The notes under the pieces: model-generated
The model's database searches: none
Told to the model about the DNA's origin: nothing
The model's input: only the letters and a program-made list of their open reading frames with translations
Assembly: GCA_964291315.2 (NCBI GenBank)
Contig: OZ219750.1
Span: 192,001 to 256,000, forward strand
Reading direction: 5' to 3'
DNA from: Candidatus Poribacteria bacterium
Lineage (GTDB): Bacteria; Poribacteria; WGA-4E; WGA-3G
DNA: 64,000 nucleotides
Made by a program: the position numbers and the translations under genes
In this document: piece by piece, positions 36,195 to 45,743 of the stretch
Numbering within the stretch: position 1 is the stretch's first letter
Layout: each line of letters opens with the position of its first letter

Positions 36195-37460
36195 ATGAAA
36201 CTGCGTGATGTTTGCATGAGCGGGGTGAAGCCCCTTTGGCAAAATAAACTCCGTTCCGGTTTGTCCATCCTCGGGATTGCCATCGGCATTGCGAGTGTGC
36301 TCTGCATGGTGGCTATCGGCGAGGGTGGCAAACGTATCATTGCGGACAACCTTGAAAAAATGGGCGGGGCCAACCAGATCGCCTTCTGGACCCGGATGAC
36401 GATTTGGAAGGGACCGCGGCTCGCCCGGCGGACGACGGAACGCTATACACTTCAAGACGCTGCTGCCATCGAGGCAGCTTGCCCCGAGGTGCTATATGTT
36501 TTGCCGAAAGTAGAAACCTTCCGTCTCTTTGTGAGCAGCCGAAACGGGAGTCAAGCGATCACGCGCTTAGAAGGTGTCACCGCGGACTACGCTACCGGGA
36601 TGGGGTGGGACGTTCACGCGGGCCGGTTCTTCTCCGATGGCGATATAGAAGCGCGCAAGCAGGTGTGCGTCTTGGGCAGCAACATCGCCCGTGAGCTGTT
36701 TGCGAACACATCGCCCCTCGGCCAAGAGGTGAAGGTTCGGTATCAGCGACTGCACTCACCGCTCCGGCTGCGCGTTATCGGAGTGATGGCAGCAAAAGGC
36801 AGCAGCCTCAGCGACTCGTATTCTTTAGATGATGCGATTTCCATGCCCGTGACGACCTATCAACAACGCGTCAAAGGATCTCGCCACGTGGACTACTTGA
36901 TCGTCTTTTTTCGAAAAGACGCAGAGAGCCAAGTGGTGATCGATTCGGTAAAAAACACGCTGCGGAAAAGACACCGAGGCAAAGACGATTTTATCGGCGT
37001 TTGGATGGCGACACTGACGGCTCACCGACTCTTCCACATTCAAAAAGTGATAACATTCACCTTGGGCAGCATCGCGGGGTTCTCGCTATTCGTCAGCGGT
37101 ATTGGGATCATGAATATCTGTCTCGTCTCTGTCGCGGAAAAGACGAGACAGATCGGTTTACGGAAAGCAGTAGGGGCGAAACGGATAGACATCTTCTATC
37201 AGTTCTTGGCGGAATCGATCGGACTCTGCCTCTGTGGCGGGCTGCCCGGCATCGGCGGCGGGTGGGCTGCAGCACACGGAATGACATGGATTGCCACGCG
37301 GATTCTGCCCGTTGTGGAGACGTGGCCCGTTGCGGTCTCCGTGCCGTGGATACTGACAACGGTTCTTTTCTTATTTCTCCTGGGGATAGGTTTCGGGGTC
37401 TATCCCGCAACGCAGGCAGCACAGATATCACCTATGGAGGCCCTCAGTACCGAGAATTAA
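36195..37460 (+). CDS. MacB/FtsX-family ABC transporter permease
   Basis: NKLRSGLSILGIAIGIASV; GIGIMNICLVSVAEKTRQIGLRKAVGAK; GVYPATQAAQISPMEAL. Confidence 0.92.
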   Translation: MKLRDVCMSGVKPLWQNKLRSGLSILGIAIGIASVLCMVAIGEGGKRIIADNLEKMGGANQIAFWTRMTIWKGPRLARRTTERYTLQDAAAIEAACPEVLYVLPKVETFRLFVSSRNGSQAITRLEGVTADYATGMGWDVHAGRFFSDGDIEARKQVCVLGSNIARELFANTSPLGQEVKVRYQRLHSPLRLRVIGVMAAKGSSLSDSYSLDDAISMPVTTYQQRVKGSRHVDYLIVFFRKDAESQVVIDSVKNTLRKRHRGKDDFIGVWMATLTAHRLFHIQKVITFTLGSIAGFSLFVSGIGIMNICLVSVAEKTRQIGLRKAVGAKRIDIFYQFLAESIGLCLCGGLPGIGGGWAAAHGMTWIATRILPVVETWPVAVSVPWILTTVLFLFLLGIGFGVYPATQAAQISPMEALSTEN

Positions 37461-37809
37461 ACGTTACAAAACGTCTCTGAGGTATCAAACTCACGTGAGT
37501 TTAGGTGGTAAGGGCGTTTTAGCAGGCATCCAAAAAACATTCAAGTTGTCGCAGACGAGTTGCCGGAAAAATCAAACTGAAAACTTGAAGTCAAGGGATG
37601 TGCAAAGGTTGCGCGGTTGATATGTAATTACGGGGGTGGGAAAGCTTGGCTCTTGTGTTATACGTCTGCTATGAGGTGCTAGGTCATACGTAAGTGAGAC
37701 ACGCTAGAACTATCACGTAACGTGATGGCCGTATATCTTACAAGCCTTGGGAGCACCGGATCAGACAGTGGGGATTTTTAAAGACGCAAATCCTGTACGA
37801 TACGGAAAT

Positions 37810-38907
37810 CTAATAATCAGCGATAGAACCGTCTGCTAATCTATTATCAGGCCAGGTGAAACGTCTCCCTGCTTCTTGGCCTACTTCAATCACCCGCGCC
37901 TCATCCACGGTAACTCCTAAGCCCGGTCCTTCTGGCAGCGAAACGTAGCCTTCGGCATCCATCTTCCATGTCTTGTGAGCAACTCCTTCTGGGAGAACGT
38001 TTTCATAACCCTCATGAATAAGGAAAAATGGTACTGCAGCGGATAACTGAAAACTTGCAGTCAAACCGAGATAGGACATCGTACAGTGGGGTGCGATCGG
38101 AACGTGATGGGCCTCTGCAAGTGTAGCGACCTTTTTAACCTGTGTGATTCCCCCGCCGTGTCCACAGTCAGGTTGAAGGATATCAATCACTTGTGCTTCA
38201 AGGATCTCACGGACCTCCCATATTGTGCGATCGCGCTCCCCTGTTGCCAGCGGGACGGGGACGACTTCTCGGATCTTGTGCATCACTTCAATATTGCCGG
38301 GTACCCATGCTTCCTCTAAGAAGAGTAAGTCGTCTGATTGTAGATAACTGGCGAACTGTTTAACGATAGGCGGCGGTAAACAGCTATGTGCATCAAACAT
38401 CACAGCCCCATCAGAACCGACTTTTTCTCGCGCTTTTTGCACGCGCTGCACTAAGTCAGCGATTTCATCGGGAGTACCAGCAAAGGGTTTGGAGCCGCCG
38501 GGCCCCGTTTTAATTGCTTTTGGACTCGGATACTTCCAAATTTTATCGCGGCAGGGACCGCCAAGTAAGCGATACACCGGCACGTCCCACAATTTTCCGG
38601 CTATGTCCCACAACGCCATATCAATTGCGGAGATAGTATGCAGCATCAAACCACCCCCTCGGATGTTACGATGTGCGCGGAACAAACGTTGCCAATGATG
38701 TTCAATCCGCGTCGGGTTTTCCCCGATAATCAGTTCTGATAAGGAACGCGCCAATGCACAGGTTACGGTTGTTTCCATGTTGTTGATCTCACCCCAACCT
38801 GTAACACCCATATTGGTTTCAATTTTGACGTAGGCCTTCATCCCCATTGGAAAAGCTTCAAGGTTTGTCACTCGAATTTGAGAACTTTTATCTTCATAGT
38901 CTACCAT
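37810..38907 (-). CDS. Mandelate racemase/galactonate dehydratase-like enolase superfamily enzyme
   Basis: SAIDMALWDIAGK, DAH, EE, ATGER, QPD, APH; ATG at 38907 follows AAGGAAG. Confidence 0.88.
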   Translation of the reverse strand: MVDYEDKSSQIRVTNLEAFPMGMKAYVKIETNMGVTGWGEINNMETTVTCALARSLSELIIGENPTRIEHHWQRLFRAHRNIRGGGLMLHTISAIDMALWDIAGKLWDVPVYRLLGGPCRDKIWKYPSPKAIKTGPGGSKPFAGTPDEIADLVQRVQKAREKVGSDGAVMFDAHSCLPPPIVKQFASYLQSDDLLFLEEAWVPGNIEVMHKIREVVPVPLATGERDRTIWEVREILEAQVIDILQPDCGHGGGITQVKKVATLAEAHHVPIAPHCTMSYLGLTASFQLSAAVPFFLIHEGYENVLPEGVAHKTWKMDAEGYVSLPEGPGLGVTVDEARVIEVGQEAGRRFTWPDNRLADGSIADY

Positions 38908-39009
38908 ACGGGCACTTCCTTTCGTTTCTTTTATGTTTACACATACCTCAAATTTTGTCAAGCTTCGGATAGAATTATTTAGCGATATTTAGGATGTCAC
39001 AGTTTTCTC

Positions 39010-39038
39010 TTGACAGAATGCACAAAAATTGATAAAAT
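39010..39038 (+). promoter_or_regulatory. Near-consensus sigma70 promoter
   Basis: TTGACA-N17-TAAAAT, then AAGGAGG RBS before 39069. Confidence 0.75.
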
Positions 39039-39068
39039 CCATACCCACTACAGAAGGAGGATCAAAAG

Positions 39069-40133
39069 ATGGCAAATCAGACATACCGAATCGGAATCAT
39101 CGGATGTGGTGGGATGGGCAGGTCCCACTCCAGAGCATGGAAAAAGAATTCTGATGTACAAGTTGTCGCGGCAATGGACATCTACACAGAATCCGCGAAA
39201 CGGGTCGCCGATGAATACGACATTCCAACTACCTATACCGATGTCGACGAAATGCTATCGAAAGAGGATCTCGACATCGTTAGCATCACAACGTGGCAGG
39301 GGCCCCGTGCAGAAGCCGCTGTTGCAGCAGCTAGAGCTGGCGTAAAAGGGATTATCGGAGAAAAACCGATGGCGGTTTCACTTGGGCAAGCGGATGCTAT
39401 GATTGCCGCCTGTGAAGAAAATAGTGTTAAACTGATCATTGGTCACCAAGGTAGGTACGCACCTACAAATATAGAGACACGCAGGCTCGTCTCAGCAGGA
39501 GCGATTGGCGAACCGACAACTGTTCATCACCGCGCAAAACAGCATGCCGGTCTGTTGAATACAGGGACACATGCTATCGACGGCTGGCGCTTCATTTTGT
39601 CGGATCCAGAAACATTATGGGTTATCGGGCAGACTTCTCGCACCACCGACCGTTGGGAGCGCCGTACGATTTGTGAAGACCTCTGTATGGGTTTGGTCTG
39701 TTTTGAAGGCGGTGCACGCGGCATCTACGAAGGCGATCTGCCGGAACCCTCTGTCTCGATGCCGAAAATTGTTGGAACAGAAGGGCAAATCCGCAATGGA
39801 CCCGACGGCACACTTCTGCTCCAAAACGGAGAAGCAAAGGGATGGCAGACCATCACCCCACCCCCAGAACCTAAGAACCAATTTCAGGAACTCATTGAGT
39901 GGATCGAGGGTGACATTTCTGACCACCGCGGGAGCGGTTACCAAGCACGTTATACGCTTGAAATTATGTTGGCTATCTACGAGTCGCTGCGGATTAAGAA
40001 CGTCGTCAATATGCCGATGGAAACCAAGGAACTACCGCTTGAACTTATGGTTAACGACGGCACGTTACCGGTCCTCGAAGAAGGGCAATACGATCTGCGT
40101 GCACCGTTTGAGGGGCAAACCCGGCAGCGGTGA
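39069..40133 (+). CDS. Gfo/Idh/MocA family oxidoreductase
   Basis: GIIGCGGMG, EKPMA, GTHAID. Confidence 0.92.
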   Translation: MANQTYRIGIIGCGGMGRSHSRAWKKNSDVQVVAAMDIYTESAKRVADEYDIPTTYTDVDEMLSKEDLDIVSITTWQGPRAEAAVAAARAGVKGIIGEKPMAVSLGQADAMIAACEENSVKLIIGHQGRYAPTNIETRRLVSAGAIGEPTTVHHRAKQHAGLLNTGTHAIDGWRFILSDPETLWVIGQTSRTTDRWERRTICEDLCMGLVCFEGGARGIYEGDLPEPSVSMPKIVGTEGQIRNGPDGTLLLQNGEAKGWQTITPPPEPKNQFQELIEWIEGDISDHRGSGYQARYTLEIMLAIYESLRIKNVVNMPMETKELPLELMVNDGTLPVLEEGQYDLRAPFEGQTRQR

Positions 40134-40136
40134 TCG

Positions 40137-40619
40137 ATGGAGATATCGATGGAGAAAAAAGAAAGCCGCCGCTCATTTTTAGAGATCGCGACGGCGTTCA
40201 TTGGTGGTACCCTGAGCGTTGTCGCCGGAATCCCACTTATTGGCTTTGCGATTTCACCCGCTTTTAAGAAGCCGGAGTCGAAATGGGTAGATTTGGGACT
40301 TGTCGCCCGGCTCAAAAACAGTCGTTTTAAAAAGGTAGATTACACCTTCACTGCAAAAGACGGTTGGGTCAAAGCAACGAAAAAACGTTCTGTTTATGTA
40401 ACCGACACCGGCAATGGAGAATGGAGGGTCTTTTCGCGAACTTGTCCGCACCTGGGTTGCCTTGTCCGGTGGGATGATCAGAAAGAATCTTTCCTCTGCC
40501 CGTGTCATGGCGCGATATTCGATAAAACAGGAGCCGTTATTGCTGGTCCACCGCCAGAGCCTTTGCAGAAGCTTGAAACCAAGGTAGAAGCAGGTGTCCT
40601 ATACGTAAAGGAGGCGTAG
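40137..40619 (+). CDS. qcrA: Rieske iron-sulfur subunit of a cytochrome bc-type complex
   Basis: Tat motif SRRSFL; CPHLGC and CPCHG boxes. Confidence 0.9.
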   Translation: MEISMEKKESRRSFLEIATAFIGGTLSVVAGIPLIGFAISPAFKKPESKWVDLGLVARLKNSRFKKVDYTFTAKDGWVKATKKRSVYVTDTGNGEWRVFSRTCPHLGCLVRWDDQKESFLCPCHGAIFDKTGAVIAGPPPEPLQKLETKVEAGVLYVKEA

Positions 40620-41765
40620 ATGCGGCGATTTCTCAAAGAACGTCTGCTGTTATCAGAACTTTCTGATCACTTACGCAAACCACTGCCGAAACATATCAAT
40701 CTGCTTTTCTCACTTGGCAGTTTGGCAATGTTCCTGCTCCTGCTCCAAGCCGCTACGGGTGCCTTTCTAGCGTTATACTATTCACCTTCACCCGAACACG
40801 CTCATAACGCAGTTACTTATATCAGTGAAGAGGTTCCGTTTGGTAAATTTGTGCGCGGCTTACATCATTGGGGTGCGAGTGCGATGGTCATCATCGTTTT
40901 TCTGCATTTGCTCCGTGTTGTGCTCTATGGTTCCTATAAAGCCCCGCGTGAACTTACTTGGATCGTCGGCGTTTTTTTGTTATTAGTCGTGCTCGGCTTT
41001 GGATTCACTGGCTACCTGCTTCCATGGGACGAGAAGGCATATTGGGCAACGGTTGTTGGTGTCGAGATCGCTAGCACTGCCCCCGTGTTAGGCGATTTTA
41101 TGGTGAAAGTGATGCGCGGTGGAACGGAAATAGGTGCAGTAACGCTGTCTAGGTTCTACGCGCTCCACACCATCTGGCTGCCGTGGTTAGCTTTCGGCTT
41201 GGTCGGTGTGCACCTTTTCTTTGTTCGATATTACGGTTCGTCAGGTACACCGCAGAACACCGCTAAAGAGATGAAAGCAGGAAAACCTTTCTATCCGGAT
41301 CAGGTATTCGAAGATGTCGTCGGCATGTTGATTCTGTTTGCTGTGCTGGCATCTGTGGCGCTGTCCGTGCCGGTTCCGCTTGAATCTGTGGCTGATCCAA
41401 CAAATGCGGACTACGATCCACGCCCGGAGTGGTACTTCCTGTTCTTGTTCCAACTCCTAAAGTACTTTCAAGGCCCCTTTGAAGTGATTGGAACATTCGT
41501 AATTCCAACAGTGGGTATGCTGCTTCTCCTCTTGCTTCCGTTCCTAGACAAAAGCGAGCGTGTCATCCTCTGGAAACGTCCAGTAGCATTCACAATCACA
41601 AGCGTTTGCGTTGCAGGGATCGTAACGCTTACAATCCTCGGCGCGAACTCGCCAAAACTTGAAACCCAAGAGATACCAAAATCTATAGAACAACCGCAAA
41701 CGCCTAAGCTACCAGAGACAGAAGATGTCTTCGACTTTCAGCTAACGGAAGAAGAGTTACAATAG
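40620..41765 (+). CDS. qcrB: Cytochrome b (b6 and subunit IV in one polypeptide)
   Basis: RGLHHWGAS, FLHLLRV, GYLLPWD, RFYALH, H ligands, PEWYFL. Confidence 0.92.
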   Translation: MRRFLKERLLLSELSDHLRKPLPKHINLLFSLGSLAMFLLLLQAATGAFLALYYSPSPEHAHNAVTYISEEVPFGKFVRGLHHWGASAMVIIVFLHLLRVVLYGSYKAPRELTWIVGVFLLLVVLGFGFTGYLLPWDEKAYWATVVGVEIASTAPVLGDFMVKVMRGGTEIGAVTLSRFYALHTIWLPWLAFGLVGVHLFFVRYYGSSGTPQNTAKEMKAGKPFYPDQVFEDVVGMLILFAVLASVALSVPVPLESVADPTNADYDPRPEWYFLFLFQLLKYFQGPFEVIGTFVIPTVGMLLLLLLPFLDKSERVILWKRPVAFTITSVCVAGIVTLTILGANSPKLETQEIPKSIEQPQTPKLPETEDVFDFQLTEEELQ

Positions 41766-42097
41766 TTTTCTTGTTAATCGTTCATCAGTACGCATCATAA
41801 AATTTATGAAATAAACATGATATATTCGCACGAATTCTTTCGTAGACTGTATTAACTTTCTGAAATCAATACAACGGAAAACATATCCTCATGAAAAACA
41901 TATATCCTGAGAGAAGATTTTTGCACCTAATGGACCTCAGTAAAGAAACAAGACTGATAAAGGATATTCTTGAAAATCCCCTCAAGCTCGCTTCAGCCAT
42001 AACGACATATCTTGTTGGACAGAAGATAGTATTCCATTGAAGACATTGTCAGAAAAAGCACAGTACATCAGAGATTTGCTATTTTTGAAAGCATATT

Positions 42098-43438
42098 ATG
42101 AAAAATCATGATTTGACAGAGCAATTCACATTTTTCGCTACAGATACCGAATCTGAACTTTCAATAGACGATATTGGGTCTGATAGGGTAGAATTGGTTT
42201 CATTCCGGGAACTCGTTCCTGAAATCAGTGATACAAGCTACTTGACACACGGTATTTTTGCTTATCCGGCGAAATTCATTCCGCAGGTTGTTCGATACGC
42301 TATTACGACCTATACAAAGGAAGGGGATTGGATCGTTGATCCGTTTTCTGGTTCAGGAACGGTGGGGGTCGAGGCGTATCTGTGCAAACGCAACGCCTAT
42401 CTTCTCGATCTCAACCTACTCTTGAATCACATGATGCCACTCAAGGTCTACGGTGGGAAGGAGCGGTTGCAGGAAGTGGAATTGTACAGATTGTTGGGGG
42501 ACATGAGAAAAAGTGAAGATCAATTTAGCCCGTCTTGGTCAAATGTCTATTACTGGTATCCGTCTGAGATCTTAGATATGTTATCTCGCTATTGGGGTTT
42601 CATCCACAACAGAGATAATGGAGTCTATTCGTCTATTATCAAATCAGCATTGTTGAAGGTTAGCAAACGTTTTTCCTATACGGAGGATAAGACCCCTAAA
42701 CTTGCCAGATCCAAGCGTAAATTGCGGGCTATAGAGGAGCTGCTTAAAGCAGATTGGCAAGCACAGTTAGATGAGATGGTTCACAAGCTCTGCTTGAAAA
42801 CATTAATAAGTCTGAACGATTTTGTGATGCACACAGAGCAGCAACAAAACAAGGTTGCCCCGGAGGTCCATTGGCATGGCGGTGTGGATTCCTCTTATGT
42901 GGTTGTCCCGCGGGCGTGTGATGCGCTTATCACATCGCCTCCGTATCTCCAAGCACAAGAATACATTCGTTCTACAAAAATGGAGCTGTTTTGGTTGGGA
43001 CACACTGAGGAAGAGATTAGAGAACTCTCACGGCTTGAAATTCCGTATCGAAAAGCAGATCGGATAATTGAGACAGAAAGCTTGAATAAAGTCAGAGAGC
43101 AACTTACCCGAGACGACCTCCGAAAACGGTTGGACTCCTATTTTTGTCATACGGTCAATGCCCTTGAAAGTTCCATGGCTCAGTTGAGACTAGATGCAGC
43201 TGCTTGTATCTTCGTCGGCAATCCGCGGATTGACGGCATAGTGGTCGAGTTGTGGCGAATATTGGCAGAATATTTTACGGAACGTGGATTTGTGTTTGAG
43301 AGGGTGTACGAGGATCGGATTCAGACCCGGCAACTTTTCGGGGCGCGAAAGAATAAGAACCCGGATGGAATGAAATCGGAATTCCTTCTGATCTTGAGGA
43401 AACATACTATTTGTCAAGTAGATCCTCAGCAATACTAA
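42098..43438 (+). CDS. DNA methyltransferase, probably N4-cytosine (alpha-type motif order)
   Basis: YPAKFIP, DPFSGSGT (motif I) preceding TSPPY (motif IV). Confidence 0.85.
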   Translation: MKNHDLTEQFTFFATDTESELSIDDIGSDRVELVSFRELVPEISDTSYLTHGIFAYPAKFIPQVVRYAITTYTKEGDWIVDPFSGSGTVGVEAYLCKRNAYLLDLNLLLNHMMPLKVYGGKERLQEVELYRLLGDMRKSEDQFSPSWSNVYYWYPSEILDMLSRYWGFIHNRDNGVYSSIIKSALLKVSKRFSYTEDKTPKLARSKRKLRAIEELLKADWQAQLDEMVHKLCLKTLISLNDFVMHTEQQQNKVAPEVHWHGGVDSSYVVVPRACDALITSPPYLQAQEYIRSTKMELFWLGHTEEEIRELSRLEIPYRKADRIIETESLNKVREQLTRDDLRKRLDSYFCHTVNALESSMAQLRLDAAACIFVGNPRIDGIVVELWRILAEYFTERGFVFERVYEDRIQTRQLFGARKNKNPDGMKSEFLLILRKHTICQVDPQQY

Positions 43439-44192
43439 CCTGTTTTCTGAGGTACGATATATCATTGGCGCGAGCTAAGAACGCTTCTAGATAACGACGC
43501 ATCATGAGCGTATCCCCATTTTTTTCGTATGTGCGGGCAAGACGATAATATGCTTCTGCATCGCTGTCATCAAGCGATAAACCTTTTTCGTAGGATTGGA
43601 TCGCGCGAAGGAAGTCTCCTGTTTCTTCGTAAGCAAGCCCGGTATTAAAATAGAGATTAGCGTCCCCGGCTTCCATTTCAAGTGCTGCCTCGTAATGTAG
43701 AATAGCTTCGTGATACATATCACGATAGAGGTATGCATCTCCGAGGTTGTGATAAGCATCAACGAATGTCGGTTCCGCTTCAACGGCGCTGCGAAAAGCG
43801 GTGAGAGCCTCCTCAAACCGGTTAGTCATATCGTAAGCATAGCCGAGGTTATTATAGAAGGCGGGATTTCCGGGGCCAAACTCGAGTGCGGCGTGAAACA
43901 TATCAATGGCGAGGGTAAATAGGTGGAGATCAATATAAATCAAACCGAGATTATTATAGGCGTGCGCGTGTTGGTCATCAAGTGCGATAGCACCTTGAAA
44001 GGCATCTATTGCTTTCTCATGTTCTCCTAATTCGTGATAGGCTTTTCCGAGCTGAATATATCCTTCTGCGTCTGTCGGGTTCAGTGCTTGTCCCATTTCA
44101 AGCTTTAAAACATCACGCTGAAGTTCCAGCTTCTGTTGCTGTGCCGGATCAGGGGTCCTGCAGCAGAGAAACAAAAGGCAAATGAGTAACAT
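43407..44192 (-). CDS. TPR-repeat (lipo)protein; start uncertain (44192-44228)
   Basis: Multiple TPRs (AYNNLG, FYNNLG, AYHNLG, YFNTG); lipobox-like LFLC-C. Confidence 0.85.
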   Translation of the reverse strand: MLLICLLFLCCRTPDPAQQQKLELQRDVLKLEMGQALNPTDAEGYIQLGKAYHELGEHEKAIDAFQGAIALDDQHAHAYNNLGLIYIDLHLFTLAIDMFHAALEFGPGNPAFYNNLGYAYDMTNRFEEALTAFRSAVEAEPTFVDAYHNLGDAYLYRDMYHEAILHYEAALEMEAGDANLYFNTGLAYEETGDFLRAIQSYEKGLSLDDSDAEAYYRLARTYEKNGDTLMMRRYLEAFLARANDISYLRKQVSIAEDLLDK

Positions 44193-44204
44193 GGAGAGAT
44201 ATTT

Positions 44205-45038
44205 ATGATTATAGATACACATACACATTTCTGCGATCCAACCCGCCTAGAAGGGGTGCCGTGGCCTAATCCCGGTGATGCGCTACTCTACCGACGCGTT
44301 ATGCCTGAAGATTACAAAACACTTGCAGTTCCCGAAGGCGTAACGGGCACAGTTGTCGTTGAGGCAAGCAAAAGGCTTGAGGATAACCAGTGGATTCTCG
44401 ACCTTGCTGCAGAAGATCCCTTCATTGTTGGGTTCGTCGGACATTTGGAACCGACGGCTGATTTCCAGGATAATTTGGATCGGTTCTCTGCGAATCCGCT
44501 TTTTCGAGGGATACGGCTCGGCGCGGGACATCTACGATCAGTTGGTGCCCCAACGTTCTTGGTAAATATTGAAAAATTAGCAGCGAAAGAACTCGCTTTG
44601 GACCTGCTAATTAACCCTAAAGCCCTATCACTTCTGCCAGCATTGGTTGAACACATCCCTAAGATTCACATTGTCATTAATCATATTGCTGGTGCGCGAA
44701 TATCAGATCAACCTCCTGATTCAGCTTGGGTCTCCGCAATCCGTGAAGTCGCTCGCTATCCGAGTATCTATTGTAAGGTGTCGGGCCTCACAGAACAAAC
44801 AGGGCAAATCCCCGCACCGACAGAAGTCACCTATTACACCTCAACAATAGATGTCTTATGGAATGCGTTTGGTGAAAACCGACTCATCTACGGGAGCAAT
44901 TGGCCTGTATCAGAGCGTTTTGCATCTTATGCAACTGTTCAACAGATTGTAAATGACTATTTTAGCACAAAAGGTGAGGCAGTCAAAATGAAGTTCTTCT
45001 GGCAAAATGCTGAGGCTGCCTACCGACTATCGTTGTAA
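44205..45038 (+). CDS. Amidohydrolase-2 family protein (L-fuconolactonase-like)
   Basis: IIDTHTHF, NHI, CKVSGL, FGENRLIYGSNWPV. Confidence 0.88.
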   Translation: MIIDTHTHFCDPTRLEGVPWPNPGDALLYRRVMPEDYKTLAVPEGVTGTVVVEASKRLEDNQWILDLAAEDPFIVGFVGHLEPTADFQDNLDRFSANPLFRGIRLGAGHLRSVGAPTFLVNIEKLAAKELALDLLINPKALSLLPALVEHIPKIHIVINHIAGARISDQPPDSAWVSAIREVARYPSIYCKVSGLTEQTGQIPAPTEVTYYTSTIDVLWNAFGENRLIYGSNWPVSERFASYATVQQIVNDYFSTKGEAVKMKFFWQNAEAAYRLSL

Positions 45039-45073
45039 AACTGTGGTAACTGTCACATGCTGATTGGTAGCTT

Positions 45074-45643
45074 TTATGCTATCCAGCGGATGAACTCGCC
45101 AGGCGGTTGCCGTTTCGGTTTGCCGATGTCAGCGGGGTAACCGGTGTAGAAGAAACCAATGATATATTCTTTTGAAGAATCAATAGCGAGCACTTGATAG
45201 GTGCTCTCTTCCATTGTGATTCTACCGGTGCTCCACTGCATTCCGACCCCGGCATCCCATGCAGCGAGTTGGACGTTTTGCATTGCACAGCACACAGCGG
45301 CATAATCTTCGCGTTTGCGTTGTTCATCACCTTTTTGTATGCAAGAAACTGCAATAATCGTCGGCTTAGACATGAACTTCTCGTAAGCTAGTTCACCGAT
45401 TTTCTTGAGATCTTCGGCATCAACGTGCCCGGGGGTATCCTCAATCTTAATTTCGCGGTAGCGGTCTGCAAGGATTCCCTTCGTCTTCTCACCAATCACG
45501 ATAAAACGCCAAGGCTCGGTGATGTGGTGATTGGGTGCCCATATTCCGTAGCTAAAAACTTGTTCAATGACATGGTTCGGTACTGGTTCCTGTTTGAACT
45601 TGAAAATGGTGCGTCGTGAAAGGATCACGTCTTTAACATCCAT
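45074..45643 (-). CDS. Nitroreductase family protein
   Basis: RRTIFKF, APNHHITEPWRF, CAMQNVQLAAW. Confidence 0.9.
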   Translation of the reverse strand: MDVKDVILSRRTIFKFKQEPVPNHVIEQVFSYGIWAPNHHITEPWRFIVIGEKTKGILADRYREIKIEDTPGHVDAEDLKKIGELAYEKFMSKPTIIAVSCIQKGDEQRKREDYAAVCCAMQNVQLAAWDAGVGMQWSTGRITMEESTYQVLAIDSSKEYIIGFFYTGYPADIGKPKRQPPGEFIRWIA

Positions 45644-45743
45644 CGTTCATATCCTCCCTATATAATTGAATTATATTGTATTAAGTGGTTAATTGCAAAC
45701 TGTGGCACTTTAGTCGGCACTCTATCGATTTTTGCTGAACCAT

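Noticed and set aside
45703-45720. TGGCAC as a sigma-54 promoter
   Set aside because: The -12 element reads TCGG rather than TTGC, and it faces away from the local genes.
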